From Wickerhamiella versatilis (Eukaryota): 64,000 nt of DNA. Every line of letters begins with the position of its first letter. Within the stretch, counting starts at the first letter, position 1. The translations under genes and the position numbers were made by a program. The stretch lies in assembly GCA_030867685.1 (NCBI GenBank), contig JAQOWU010000007.1, positions 620,001-684,000 of the forward strand. The letters are read 5' to 3'. Below are positions 32,464 through 43,722 of the stretch, piece by piece. Under the pieces are notes generated by a model. The model had not been told where the DNA came from. It did no database searches and saw only the letters and a program-made list of their open reading frames with translations.

Positions 32464-35400
32464 TTAGCTTTTAGAATTTCCATTGGAGATGGGTTGGCGC
32501 TTGGATTTCCGACCCTTCTCTTTTTCCAGCATGGCCTGTTGTTTCTGCAACTCTTCGACGGCCTTATCGTCATCCAATAACCAATAAGCCACCTCGCGAC
32601 CTGGCTTGGCAACACCTCCCGCAGACTTGCCTCTATTAGTTCCTTCCATAACCACCTGCTGTACATGCTCTTTCTGCTTGGCTCTGTCCCGCATACGTTC
32701 CTCAATGGTGCCCTTGACGAGAAGACGATATACAGTAACTTGTCGCGTCTGTCCTAGTCGGTGAGCCCGATCCATGGCTTGTGAGTCAATAGTAGGGTTC
32801 CAGTCCGAATCATAAAATATGACCGTGTCAGCAGCCGTCAAGTTAATACCAAGACCACCTGCACGTGTGGACAGAAGGAAAACGAACAGCTCCGGCCTTG
32901 TTTGCCAGTCATTAACCAGATCGCGGCGGTCACTCAATCGTGAAGAACCGTCTAGACGGAGATACTTATATTGGCGGAAAGTGAGGTAGTCTTCCATAAG
33001 GTCCATCATGCGTGTCATCTGGAAGTAAATCAACACCTTATGGCCATTGCGTTTTAAGTCAGTGAGGAGTGTATCAAGGGCATTAAGCTTGCCGCTGTCA
33101 GTGACAAAGCGAATCATTGATGGCATAGTGATAGGCGCGTAGCCACGAGGGGAGTATGGCAATAGATCGTGAGGCGGGAAACCATCGCCCTTCTTGTAAT
33201 AATCCCACTCTTGGTCAAGACTCAGCTCCCACAACGACTTCGGCGGCACCAATTGCTGCTGGTGGATAGTATGCGACCGGTCAGAACACAACTCGGTGAC
33301 TGGCGGGGCGACCACAGCAGGCTGGGCAAATTCTAACCCTCTTGCTTGTGGCGGCTCTACAATTTCCAATGGACTCTTCTCCACATGCAGGCTCTCAGCC
33401 CTATGGAGGATATCACTATGGGCAATGCGACACAGCTCTGATGCAGACGTGTTCGTAAGTAATGCCTCAGTTTGCCTCGATTGAGGCTTCCATACAGTTA
33501 ATCGCCGAATTAGAGGATTTTCAAGTTCAGAGCGATAAACAAGTTTCGGTAAGTCATATTGTACAGGATTGCGCGCACTATACGTGATATTCATTGCATC
33601 GCGGTGTCCTCCAGACGTTGCGAACGAGCAAAATGCTAAAGAAGAGGCTACATCGGTTCGTTCAAACAAATCAGGATGGTTACAAACTTTGCGGAATTGC
33701 ATTACGAGATTCATAAGACTCTGGGCATCATCAGAAAGAAGATCCTGCAGCCTTATTTGCGACTTGAGCAGCCGATAAAGAGCCAACTGTCGTCGGGTGA
33801 GCTGGCAATATACATCCACCTCAATTTTATCACCCAGTTCCTGCTGAACATTACTTTTAACTCGGCGCAGCATGAATGGTTTTAAAATTAGGTGCAAACG
33901 CTTCAGTTGAGCCTCGTTGAGCTGGGAATTTTTCGTTGCGTGCGACTCGATATCCTTCGAGAACCAGTCACTAAATTCCTCATGCGAATCGAACAGTGTG
34001 GGCATGATAAAATGCAGCAAGGCCCACAACTCCTGCATACTGTTTTGAATAGGCGTTCCTGTAAGCAGCAGCCTGTTACGGCACTGCATACCAAGCAAAG
34101 ACTTCCACCGGGAACTATGAGAGGATTTTATCGCTTGCGCCTCATCAAGGATCATATATTGCCACTTGATACGGTTTAAGTACTGCGCATCCGAGACAAC
34201 AAGTTGGTAGTTTGTAACCAATACATGAAACGGAGAGTCGCGGGTATATCGCAATTGCCTACGATCCCAGAATTTTCTTAGCACCTTACGATCCTTACTG
34301 GACCCCCAGTATGGCAAGACCTTGAAATCTGGGACGAACTTTGTGATCTCCTGTTGCCAATTATGCAGTGTGGATGCTGGAGCAATTACGATGAACGGTC
34401 CCCATATATTGTGGGTTTCGGCCAAATACGCCATGACTGAGATTGACTGCACAGTTTTACCGAGACCCATTTCATCTGCTAGAATTCCGTTGATACCTTG
34501 TTCATAGAGATTTGCCAGCCATGTAAGACCCTTCAATTGGTACTCCTTCAAATGGCAATTGAGCATCTCTGGCTGAGGGAGCGTTTCATCGCCGAGCGAT
34601 GTCGGATTCTGGAAACCATCATCACCGTCATCAAACTGCCTAGTGCGGGCTTTTGCCGCAGCTGCGGCCTTTTCCGCATTCGCCTCGGCAGCCTTTTGAA
34701 GCTCACTCTCATTGTCACCATCAAAGTCAAGCCCCTTCGCGGCAGACTCATCTGGCGGTGATGCACCGGTTGCTTTGCCAGTCTTTGATGATACAAAGTG
34801 CGTGTAAAGCTCTGTCTGGGTGATCAAGAAATTAAGTTTACGGGCCTGCCTCTTCGACTCGCGTTCCTCTTCCTCTTTCTTAGCATGCTCCACTGCTTCC
34901 TTCTCAGCCTTCTTACGTGAATCACGCTCCTCCTTCTCATTGCGCTTCCAGAAAGCCATCATTTCGCGCATAGCGCGACGTCCTCGGGACTGCAAATCTT
35001 TCAGGTGCTTATTGGTCTTCACCTGGTACTTTCTGGCCTCCTTTGCAGCAAGAGTTGCCGTTTTTCTGGCGTTGGACAGCTTAACCGCCTGCGACGACTG
35101 GTATATCTTGTGGGCTTTGGTGATATCCTTTCGCGAGAGCTCACGCCAAATATCTGTGAATACCTGGGATTGCGGTGTCGTATTCTGCCGGGGTGTACGG
35201 TTAACCACCTGCGGGGACGAGGCCCGAGTAGATGGTGTCTCCGGTCTGCTTAATCCATGGGACGCCGCAACATTTAATAGCGCTGGATCTGCCTCAGCAT
35301 TGGCTGCTCTCGGGGTGGGAAGAGGCAGGGAGCCTGGCTCAGGTGACTCAAGCCGTTGTCGTTTACCTCTTGTCCGGGTAGTTGCGCCACTTCCTGGTGT

Positions 35401-35781
35401 AGCCCGTTTGCGCCGTCGCGCAGTCCCATCCTGTTCGTGCTTTGTCGCCCGCGACTCTGCACGCGCCTCCAGTTGAACCCAGGCATAGGCTTCGAAGGCA
35501 GCCTTTTTTTGCTCATATCTTTCAGAGGACTTCGCAAGGTATTCCATGCTCCTCTGTTTCGCCCTTCGCTCTTCATAGTCTCTCACAAGGTCAAAACGAG
35601 CCTCCTGGGACGCGAGGTACTGCGTAAATTCCTTGATGTCTGCCGCGGAGGGCGGAACCGCGGCTACCGCATCCAGAGTGCCCTCGGGCCGTATACCATC
35701 GAGCACTCGATTAGAGGCTATTGGTGGTCCACTCAGAATTTCACCAAAGGCCATAGCATCCCGCCTAGCCGGTGACGACAT
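32464..35781 (-). CDS. INO80: Chromatin-remodelling ATPase Ino80
   Basis: DBINO/HSA region ([16 protein letters not shown]), [19 protein letters not shown] and [11 protein letters not shown]. Confidence 0.97.
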   Translation of the reverse strand: MSSPARRDAMAFGEILSGPPIASNRVLDGIRPEGTLDAVAAVPPSAADIKEFTQYLASQEARFDLVRDYEERRAKQRSMEYLAKSSERYEQKKAAFEAYAWVQLEARAESRATKHEQDGTARRRKRATPGSGATTRTRGKRQRLESPEPGSLPLPTPRAANAEADPALLNVAASHGLSRPETPSTRASSPQVVNRTPRQNTTPQSQVFTDIWRELSRKDITKAHKIYQSSQAVKLSNARKTATLAAKEARKYQVKTNKHLKDLQSRGRRAMREMMAFWKRNEKEERDSRKKAEKEAVEHAKKEEEERESKRQARKLNFLITQTELYTHFVSSKTGKATGASPPDESAAKGLDFDGDNESELQKAAEANAEKAAAAAKARTRQFDDGDDGFQNPTSLGDETLPQPEMLNCHLKEYQLKGLTWLANLYEQGINGILADEMGLGKTVQSISVMAYLAETHNIWGPFIVIAPASTLHNWQQEITKFVPDFKVLPYWGSSKDRKVLRKFWDRRQLRYTRDSPFHVLVTNYQLVVSDAQYLNRIKWQYMILDEAQAIKSSHSSRWKSLLGMQCRNRLLLTGTPIQNSMQELWALLHFIMPTLFDSHEEFSDWFSKDIESHATKNSQLNEAQLKRLHLILKPFMLRRVKSNVQQELGDKIEVDVYCQLTRRQLALYRLLKSQIRLQDLLSDDAQSLMNLVMQFRKVCNHPDLFERTDVASSLAFCSFATSGGHRDAMNITYSARNPVQYDLPKLVYRSELENPLIRRLTVWKPQSRQTEALLTNTSASELCRIAHSDILHRAESLHVEKSPLEIVEPPQARGLEFAQPAVVAPPVTELCSDRSHTIHQQQLVPPKSLWELSLDQEWDYYKKGDGFPPHDLLPYSPRGYAPITMPSMIRFVTDSGKLNALDTLLTDLKRNGHKVLIYFQMTRMMDLMEDYLTFRQYKYLRLDGSSRLSDRRDLVNDWQTRPELFVFLLSTRAGGLGINLTAADTVIFYDSDWNPTIDSQAMDRAHRLGQTRQVTVYRLLVKGTIEERMRDRAKQKEHVQQVVMEGTNRGKSAGGVAKPGREVAYWLLDDDKAVEELQKQQAMLEKEKGRKSKRQPISNGNSKS

Positions 35782-36535
35782 GACGATGTACGATCGACCA
35801 AGCAAGAATTAGCGTAATCCACCTGTGTGGTTGATGCGCCCCTAAACCTCCCATTTGGCCGCCTGGCTCTCCCAGGCTGCTGAGGTGGGAGGAGCTTCGA
35901 ACATTGAGGTAAGGGTTATTTATGAGTATCGTGATAATTTGGCCTCCAGGCTATGTGAGGTGGGGCCGGAGGAATCTATGAGCTGAAACTTTGGCATATG
36001 ATACTACGGGATGGTTAGTGTTTAGCGTTGGTGTACGTTTACTCTTCAATTCGTCAGACTCACCCTATCTCCTTGTCTGATTAAACAGTAAGCTTAAGAG
36101 CCAATTTCTAGCAAGAGACTAGAGAAAAAAAAACAGGTAATTTAGCGAGGGAAATTTTCTAACGCTGGCACTTTGGTGCCTAAAATGCTACGTCTTGAGA
36201 AGGGCGCACGTGGCTCTGCGAAGCCGAAACTAAATTTTCCCAAATATTGTAGATCTACAGAAAGGAAAAAAATCTCTATGGGTTATGCTTGCAGCCTCAT
36301 AGTTAAGGAATTCAACGAGGCACTCCTCGCCAGGGCACTAATGATAATCATACGGGGACTACATCTGACTAGCATATATACTGCTGCATTTAGTGGTGTA
36401 GGTTCTATGGCTGTCGCGTAGCAACCTTTTTTTTAATGCTTAAGTTACACACATATATATATAAGTTACAATATTTTCATTTTGGTTATGCCTCAATAAT
36501 TTTCTCGAGCCCGCATGGTTCAGCAGCTTACGTAG

Positions 36536-38410
36536 ATGGCTCCGAGTACGGGCGCCATCTCGTGGCCTGCTGAACGGGAAATCGACAATGCATGGTTTCA
36601 AACAGCAAGCATTGCACAAAAATGGCGAGCATGGGTGCTGGACTGGGTTGTTTTGTTCACCAGTGCAGCAGCAGCAGCTTTTGTACAGGATGTGGTGGTA
36701 GTAGCAGGCGGCTGGCTTGGGTCCCTACGCCGGGGATATTGTGCTGGTACTGCCTGGTATCTTACCCAGTCTATGTGCTGTTTGGGGGATGGTAAAGATT
36801 GTACGGATTGGGTTTCCTGGCCACGAGGTAGCATTATCCTGGCTGATTGCTTAATTTCTGCGGCCAGTGCTTCCACTATTGCATTTGTAGTCGAGACATT
36901 AGCACCGCGAGCTGCTGGCAGTGGTATCCCAGAAATAACATCTTATGCGGCTGGTTTCAAGGCACTGGATTTGCTGAGGCCAACCACGCTACTTGTGAGA
37001 GCTGCAGGATTGGGACTCGTTGTTGCCACAAACATGTGGCTGGGGCATGAGGCTCCTCTTGTAAGTGTTGCGGCAATTACTGCTGGCCTGTTGCCTGGTG
37101 CTCGGTCAGAGGCTCACCGTCGTGATCGGGTAATGGCCGCAGCTGCCACCGGAATTGCCGCGGCATTTGGTGCGCCAATTGGTGGCCTTCTTTTCGTCCT
37201 TGAAGTCTTCGACGCGTCGCCAAACGTAATGTGGCAAGGATTTGTCGCTGCAGCAGCTGCAGGAATTCTTCTCAAGGTATTTATACCTGCGTCTAGTGAT
37301 GGGGAGGCGTACTTTCACGTATCGGACGATCGAATATGGCATACTGTCGAACTAATTCCATTCACAATGCTTGGTGCCCTCGGTGGATTATGGGGGTCTG
37401 CATGTATTTGGCTGCATGGGGTGATGGGCCGTTTCTACTTCTCTCGGTGGCCGACTTTAACAGTGGCAGCGGCCGCAGCAATCTCAGCTCTTCTGGGCCA
37501 GGTATCAGAACTAACTAGCATTCCACATTCACAGTTGTTAATAGAAGCTTTCGCAGAATGCCGGCCTGGGGAGGAGAGAATCCTTTGCGAGGATGGCATA
37601 GGTGGCATACTGAGCCTTATTTGGGCACTCTTCATCGGTGCCATTTTGACGCCCCTCTCGTTCGGACTGCCCATACCTTCGGGGATTCTGCTCCCCTCGA
37701 TCCTTGTCGGTGCGCTTGGGGGTCGCCTTTTTGGGCTGGCGACCCAGAAAATTCTTGAGAAGTTGCCGTTGTTCCTTAGTACAAGCTTTTGCCCTGACGC
37801 TAATGTCCATTGTGTAACCCCAGGCGTATATGCACTGGTAGGGGCGGCAGCTGCTCTAACGGGCTCCACAAGGCTCACCCTCTCGAGTGTTGCAATTTTG
37901 TTCGAGATTAGTGGTGCTTTGAGTTACATAGTACCTATAATGTCTGGAGTCTTAGTATCGAAGTGGATCGCAGATTTATTGGGTACAGATGGTATCAGTG
38001 CGGCTTGGAAAGATAGAGTTGGGCTCACCCGATATGTGGATGGCCCTATTGCAGATATCAAGGCAGCGGAAGTGATGAAACCGGCCAGTGAGCTTGATAT
38101 TTATGGCGTCACACCGCTTGAAGAGCTCAGGAAGTCCAAGTTCCATGGATTCCCCATGGTAGTTGGCGACAAGCTGGTGGGATACTTACCTCGACGCTCT
38201 CTCGACAACACGGACGATCGTGAACCAGCTCCAATCATCGGGCCTCAGGCATCTTTATATCGCATGGTGACCATGTTTCGCCAGCTTGGTGTGAGGGTCA
38301 TTTTATTTGCTGAAAGTGGCAAGTTAGTAGGTCTAATCACTCGAAGGGATGCGTTAAATATCGCCCGGGACACCCAGGTCCCTCGTCGGACTCCCTTCAA
38401 TTTACATTAA
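36536..38410 (+). CDS. CLC-family chloride channel/transporter with CBS domains (Gef1-related, divergent)
   Basis: GSGIPE, GHEAP, FGAPIGG.LF.LE, PG.YALVGAAA, FEISGAL, plus C-terminal CBS motifs (GFP.V, GLITRRD). Confidence 0.92.
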   Translation: MAPSTGAISWPAEREIDNAWFQTASIAQKWRAWVLDWVVLFTSAAAAAFVQDVVVVAGGWLGSLRRGYCAGTAWYLTQSMCCLGDGKDCTDWVSWPRGSIILADCLISAASASTIAFVVETLAPRAAGSGIPEITSYAAGFKALDLLRPTTLLVRAAGLGLVVATNMWLGHEAPLVSVAAITAGLLPGARSEAHRRDRVMAAAATGIAAAFGAPIGGLLFVLEVFDASPNVMWQGFVAAAAAGILLKVFIPASSDGEAYFHVSDDRIWHTVELIPFTMLGALGGLWGSACIWLHGVMGRFYFSRWPTLTVAAAAAISALLGQVSELTSIPHSQLLIEAFAECRPGEERILCEDGIGGILSLIWALFIGAILTPLSFGLPIPSGILLPSILVGALGGRLFGLATQKILEKLPLFLSTSFCPDANVHCVTPGVYALVGAAAALTGSTRLTLSSVAILFEISGALSYIVPIMSGVLVSKWIADLLGTDGISAAWKDRVGLTRYVDGPIADIKAAEVMKPASELDIYGVTPLEELRKSKFHGFPMVVGDKLVGYLPRRSLDNTDDREPAPIIGPQASLYRMVTMFRQLGVRVILFAESGKLVGLITRRDALNIARDTQVPRRTPFNLH

Positions 38411-38750
38411 AATGTTTGCCGAAATACATGTTTGTTTTTGTATTTTTTTTTACACAAGTTTGCTAATTTAATGATTCAGTAAAAATTTAAACTGGTTGTA
38501 ATTTTATTCACTCTTCGATTTAATTGTGATCTGTAATTATTCCTCGTAACAGAGCGTGCTAGTTGGAACGTTTGTGAACTGAACCTTCTTATCTTATTGT
38601 ATCCAGCATCTCCTATAATGACATAAAATAATATAATATAAAATAAAATAGAGTAGAGAGACTCAATTCTTGGAAATATTGTCAGGTTTTACGATTATTT
38701 ACCTAGTTATTTTGGTGGGTCTGAATTACTAAGCAACGTAAACACTAGAG

Positions 38751-41468
38751 ATGGCCACCTGGTTAGACCGGGAATTGAGTGATGAATGGCCAGAACAACA
38801 CAGTGAAAGTTATGTACCTCAGACATCGGTCTCAGGTAGTTCTGAGGATGATTTTGGTGGGCCCACAGTTGCCATCCAGGAAAATGGCGACGCACACACC
38901 CCTCAGTGGAAAAAGGCATTGAGTCCAACTAAACAGGAGGATCCCTCAGTTGCCAGATTTTTCGATAATAGCAGTGATGCGTCTGCTAGTACATCATCTG
39001 CAAGACCGCGAGGAAATATTTTTGCACCAGACACATATGTGAACGAGCGATTGTCAGACCTGGCCTCCCAACTGGTTCAGAAAGATCAATCGACTCGCAC
39101 AGATGATTCCAATTCAAAATCTGGGACATTTGCCACCTCGGGCAGGTCTTCGCTCGACAGGGCTACGGCTGCAAACACCCACGCAAATACCAGACTGTCA
39201 GAAAATCCGGATGGTGACTTGAAGAACCTGGCGGAACAAGGTCGCGAATTCTTCGACAAGCTGATTCGAAAATTCCCTAATGGTCCACCAGGCTCTAATG
39301 CTAAGCAATCTTTAAGTGGAGACCATTCCCCTTCACCGCACAGACATGACAACTCATTAGATGGCCTTGAGGCAGACTTGAACAAGCAAAATAGCTCCAC
39401 GTCTCAGAACTCGGCAAATGGTGGCACGCTGGACGTGAATTCAACCCAGTCAATCTCTACCGAAGCTGGTGATCTCGATGAACCACCCAGCGCGTTGGGA
39501 CGGGTTCCTTTAGAACCAACATACAGTCCCCGTGCCATACGTCGTGATGTTTCATGGAGCAATGATGATCAGTCTGTGTCACACGAATTCAGTAAACAGT
39601 TTCGCGAGAAGGAACGTGTTCCAGAGCCTAAAGAAAGCTCCATAATGTACAAGGATGTGTCGTACAGTGTTTCTCGACGGAAGTTGGCGGAGAGGTTCCG
39701 CGAGATGGGTCTCAGAGGGGCTGATAGATATGCGCTGACATCCCTGGACTGGTCGGATGATGACCTTGAATCTTTTCTCGGATTTGAAGAATTCTTTCCT
39801 CGACTAAGAGTGCTATCAGCATCAAGAAATGAGATCTCGACCCTAGCAGGTCTTCCGAGTTCTTTGGTCACCCTTGATATTTCCTCAAACTTATTAGGAC
39901 GACAGACGACTTTTCCATCACTCACAATACTGAGCGAGCTGGACATTTCTAATAATAATTTAGAGGACCTGCGCCCCCTAAAAAATTTGAGAGCCCTGAG
40001 GTGTCTTCGTATTCGTCGAAACCGTCTCAGAACGCTCGAAGGTATTGAGGATCTACCAGGGCTGAGTATTCTCGATGTATCCTACAATCACCTAGAGAGC
40101 CTTCACACGCAACTTGGCACACTTGAGGCTGTTGATGCGAGCCATAATATGATAGTTGATGCTATTTGTGATGAACCTCAGTTGAAGCGGTTAAAGTTGG
40201 ACCACAATGCCCTGGAAATTTTGGAGGCCGTCCCCAGCGTCGAAGTGCTCAATGTATCTTACAATTCGTCGCTCGAACTAGATCTTTGCGCGGGGTGGGA
40301 TTCACTCAAGTACTTGAATTACGATGGTAACACTAAATTTGCAAGAATTGCAGGTCGGGGTATACGTAAGTTCAGCTGGCAAGTCACACGGATGCCTCTT
40401 GAAGTCCCTGATTTATCCGATTTTTTAAGGGATGCGAGGGAAATCAGACTATCAGGCATCCCTTTTCGAGCCGCTCTTGGCAAAAGCTACAACTTTGCCT
40501 GTGAAAGTCTTGACTTGATGAACGCCGGTCTTTCACGGATTCCAGCCTCATTCGCTCGCTGTTTCGCCCGTCTCATAAGCTTGAATGTCTCAGGAAACTC
40601 ATTGAGATCTCTTCATGCATTGCCGTCGTTATTAGAGCGCTTGAGTATTGCAGGCAACCCTGTGGCAGCCTACGTGCCTGCTGTTGTTCACGGCCTGAGA
40701 CATCTCAAATTACTCGATACTAGACCGGGACAGGTCTATGATGCAGCTAGTTACCTGGCACTTAAGCCTGGTAGTACCCGGGCGGCTGCTGAATACCCTT
40801 GCCTTGCCTGGCTCAATGGAAATAAACTTATGGAAGTAAGATTGCGTGACTCCACAAAGCTGTCTCCATTGTATCGAATCAAGGACGGCTTAGAGGACCT
40901 GGAATCCTCATCGTTATTTGACTCGGATTCGAGCGTACCCTTAATACCTGAGACAGGCTCTAGGATTCCTTCGAGAGGACCCACAGCAGAAAGTTCGGCT
41001 TGTTTGGACTCTCCAATTGTAATGAATAATGCTCTTGACTCCGATCATAATGAACGATCATCTCATTCTTCCCTCAAGATTGAAAACCATCCTTCCTTGA
41101 ACAAATCTCACTCAGCGGAGTCACAGCATTACTTAGATCAACAAAGAAATTCTGAAAGACTATTAGATTCAGGGCCATTGAGCTCGTCATCTCACACAAG
41201 TCGGAGTCGAAGGCTGCAAAGACCTTCTTTGTCTATGTCGACCACTTCTACCCCTCCAGCGACTCTGGGGCTTAATCCAACACCTCTAGAGTCACCACAC
41301 AAAAGAGTCACTCCTCAAGAAGACCCCCAATTATTTGAACCGCTACCAGAGGTTCCGAATGTCGTTGCGGACTATAAACCAGTTGAAGTATTCGAACTCT
41401 TGAGCGCAATAGTCGCTCGTGAAAGGCTGGTCAGCGCTGGCGTGGACTTAGCACAACTTCATCTTTAG
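38751..41468 (+). CDS. NUD1: Leucine-rich-repeat spindle-pole-body scaffold, Nud1/Cdc11-like
   Basis: N-terminal WLD..LSDEW, a Ser-rich region and many LxxLxLxxN repeats. Confidence 0.7.
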   Translation: MATWLDRELSDEWPEQHSESYVPQTSVSGSSEDDFGGPTVAIQENGDAHTPQWKKALSPTKQEDPSVARFFDNSSDASASTSSARPRGNIFAPDTYVNERLSDLASQLVQKDQSTRTDDSNSKSGTFATSGRSSLDRATAANTHANTRLSENPDGDLKNLAEQGREFFDKLIRKFPNGPPGSNAKQSLSGDHSPSPHRHDNSLDGLEADLNKQNSSTSQNSANGGTLDVNSTQSISTEAGDLDEPPSALGRVPLEPTYSPRAIRRDVSWSNDDQSVSHEFSKQFREKERVPEPKESSIMYKDVSYSVSRRKLAERFREMGLRGADRYALTSLDWSDDDLESFLGFEEFFPRLRVLSASRNEISTLAGLPSSLVTLDISSNLLGRQTTFPSLTILSELDISNNNLEDLRPLKNLRALRCLRIRRNRLRTLEGIEDLPGLSILDVSYNHLESLHTQLGTLEAVDASHNMIVDAICDEPQLKRLKLDHNALEILEAVPSVEVLNVSYNSSLELDLCAGWDSLKYLNYDGNTKFARIAGRGIRKFSWQVTRMPLEVPDLSDFLRDAREIRLSGIPFRAALGKSYNFACESLDLMNAGLSRIPASFARCFARLISLNVSGNSLRSLHALPSLLERLSIAGNPVAAYVPAVVHGLRHLKLLDTRPGQVYDAASYLALKPGSTRAAAEYPCLAWLNGNKLMEVRLRDSTKLSPLYRIKDGLEDLESSSLFDSDSSVPLIPETGSRIPSRGPTAESSACLDSPIVMNNALDSDHNERSSHSSLKIENHPSLNKSHSAESQHYLDQQRNSERLLDSGPLSSSSHTSRSRRLQRPSLSMSTTSTPPATLGLNPTPLESPHKRVTPQEDPQLFEPLPEVPNVVADYKPVEVFELLSAIVARERLVSAGVDLAQLHL

Positions 41469-41772
41469 CTATAATTTAATATATTAGCCAAAATAAGCAC
41501 ATAATAGCCCTAATACATTCTACAGCCGCGTCTGTCACGTGAGAGAATAATGTATACACAGTGCCTTCGGAGCAGTCGTGTTTTGTACTAAAAGGATGCC
41601 ATTGAGAAAATAAATTAACAATAGAATGAGCTTTAGACAATGCAGAAGTTCCTTCTTAGATGGGTTTAGTGTCAGGGGCGCGAAATTGCTACCCATCGTT
41701 GCAGGCGCGGTATAGCACTCGAGAATGCATTAAGAGCGGTGGGGCAAGCTTTGCTTCCCACTCTTCACAAAT

Positions 41773-42495
41773 ATGTCCATACTACGTGAATTCACAATGT
41801 TCTCAGGGGAAGAAGATGATCCTGATAGTCTTCCATCGTCTCCTGAAGTTCTACACCTTGACCAGGAATTGACGGACGCCCATATATACCGCCCCACCAG
41901 CAGCGAAGTGAATGCAGTTATTGAGGAAGCATCTATAGAATTGAATGCAAATGTGACGCTAGTCGAAGTTGAAGGACATGCTGAATTAACTAGAGGCTCG
42001 ACGATTCTTAGTTCTCCAGAGAGGAAATTGCACAAGCAGGAGGATACGTTGACCAACAGTAGTATTGACAAGCTGGAGGTTCTTCAGGAACCCACAGTCT
42101 CTTCAAATATGTTGCCCAAGCCGAGAAAGATTTCTCTTAACACCGCGAAGTGTAGGCAAGAAGTTATAGACGAGACCCCACGGTTGTTGGCTGACGCTAA
42201 AAGCAGAGTGAAAGGCAAGAGCAAGTGTGGCAGTAATTGCCCTTTAAGCTTCAGCACTCCATATGAAATGGCTATTCATTTGGATCAGTGCCATCCTAGA
42301 GATTATCGATGCTTTCTTTGCCCTCACTCAGATTGTGCCTGGTCTGTTGTGGGATTCCATAAATGGGCTTCGTGCAATCGTCACATAAACGCAATTCACG
42401 GCACAAGAGACTTTGAGTGCAAAATATGCCACCGAAAGTTTCCGCGTTCCGATTCATTCCTCCGTCATGCGCGAAAGTCGCACGGCCGGCAGTAG
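41773..42495 (+). CDS. C2H2 zinc-finger transcription factor, Rme1-like
   Basis: Three fingers, including CP...C.W.VVGF......RH...H and C..C.RKF.RSDS..RH....H. Confidence 0.7.
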   Translation: MSILREFTMFSGEEDDPDSLPSSPEVLHLDQELTDAHIYRPTSSEVNAVIEEASIELNANVTLVEVEGHAELTRGSTILSSPERKLHKQEDTLTNSSIDKLEVLQEPTVSSNMLPKPRKISLNTAKCRQEVIDETPRLLADAKSRVKGKSKCGSNCPLSFSTPYEMAIHLDQCHPRDYRCFLCPHSDCAWSVVGFHKWASCNRHINAIHGTRDFECKICHRKFPRSDSFLRHARKSHGRQ

Positions 42496-42518
42496 AGAGA
42501 GAGAGAGAGAGAGAGAGA
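42494..42518. repeat. (AG)n microsatellite, about 12 units
   Basis: agagag... run starting within the stop codon of the zinc-finger gene. Confidence 0.95.
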
Positions 42519-42594
42519 AGAGGTAAAGCATTGATATCTATATAATATTATTACTCGTAATGGCCTTAAGTTAAATAATTAAGTGTTTGTGATC

Positions 42595-43722
42595 TTAATG
42601 ACTTGCTGCAAAGTCACCCACTGCCTGCATCCAGCATCTGACGTTCTCAACTGCAGGCTTTTCTGGATCCAATGGTGCCAAATTCTTACGTATCAGGAAG
42701 GATTGCCTTCCTGATGGAATCTCGATCTTCAGAGTTAGGAATGGTAGTGTCAATGAAAATTCGCTTTCACTGAGATGGCATGTGGTGAGAAATCCATAGC
42801 CACCGATATGCTCTTGTAGTTTCCTAACAAATCCATCCAGCGTACCGCTGGTATGCTCCAATGTTACACTTTCAGTCGCTAAATGTTCTATCTGAGCGTC
42901 CGAATCTTTCAGGTTTTCTCTAAGCTTCTCCAAATGCTTTCTTAGATCAGTGACCCGTTCGGTGGTGCTGGCGAGCAATTCCTCGGTTCTGTCGGATGCA
43001 TTATCATCATCATTCTCCTCCTTAAGTGCTGCGAGCTCTTCGCGGAGTGCAGCTAACCTTGCAAGACCTGCTGCTTGGTTTCGCTCAGAAATTCTTTTGG
43101 CCTGCTCATCCTCCACCAAACTCTCTGAAACATTCTTCAAGGCAGTCAGGAAAATCCTACCTGCATTCAAAGCATTATCATTGCGAAGCCTTAACCATTT
43201 GTCTGCAAGTGATGCACGATTAATGGGAGCTGCTGGATACTTCTCCGCTGCTAACTTTGCCTTCTCCTCATAGACGTCACGGGCCATTTCCTGAAGCCGT
43301 TCGAGCTCTCTACCCCACGCAGCCGCACTAGGGCTATTCGAATTTGCACCTGAGTTCACTTCTGTCATATTAACATGTCGACGTAGGATTTCTGAATCCT
43401 TCTTTTCCCCCACAATTTCCTCAAGAGAATTCATTGTGACTTTTCCTGATGCCCGAACTGGGGAAGACTCCAGTAAGGAATCATCAACTGGTGGAGCTGC
43501 AAAGGTAGGTGGCTCCGTCAAAGGGTCCTGGTCCATACTGGAAATATGAATATCGTTTTTTGACTCGTTTCGGGCAATCGAGTTGTCGACTTCATCATTA
43601 GCTACTCGAGTAGGGCTCTCTGTTTCTTCGCGTTCTGAACTAGAAGTTGCATGGCTTTCTTCAACACGGCGCCGATGCCGCTGTGACGGCGAACTTACTG
43701 GTGAATACGCGGCGCGTTTCAT
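42595..43722 (-). CDS. Coiled-coil protein, possibly a reduced Spc105/Spc7-like kinetochore protein
   Basis: Disordered SP-rich N-terminus, long coiled coil and a small globular C-terminus. The coding call is solid; the family call is weak. Confidence 0.45.
   Translation of the reverse strand: MKRAAYSPVSSPSQRHRRRVEESHATSSSEREETESPTRVANDEVDNSIARNESKNDIHISSMDQDPLTEPPTFAAPPVDDSLLESSPVRASGKVTMNSLEEIVGEKKDSEILRRHVNMTEVNSGANSNSPSAAAWGRELERLQEMARDVYEEKAKLAAEKYPAAPINRASLADKWLRLRNDNALNAGRIFLTALKNVSESLVEDEQAKRISERNQAAGLARLAALREELAALKEENDDDNASDRTEELLASTTERVTDLRKHLEKLRENLKDSDAQIEHLATESVTLEHTSGTLDGFVRKLQEHIGGYGFLTTCHLSESEFSLTLPFLTLKIEIPSGRQSFLIRKNLAPLDPEKPAVENVRCWMQAVGDFAASH

Noticed and set aside
34820-35476. 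218-aa antisense ORF within INO80
   Set aside because: Low-complexity mirror of the charged HSA region.
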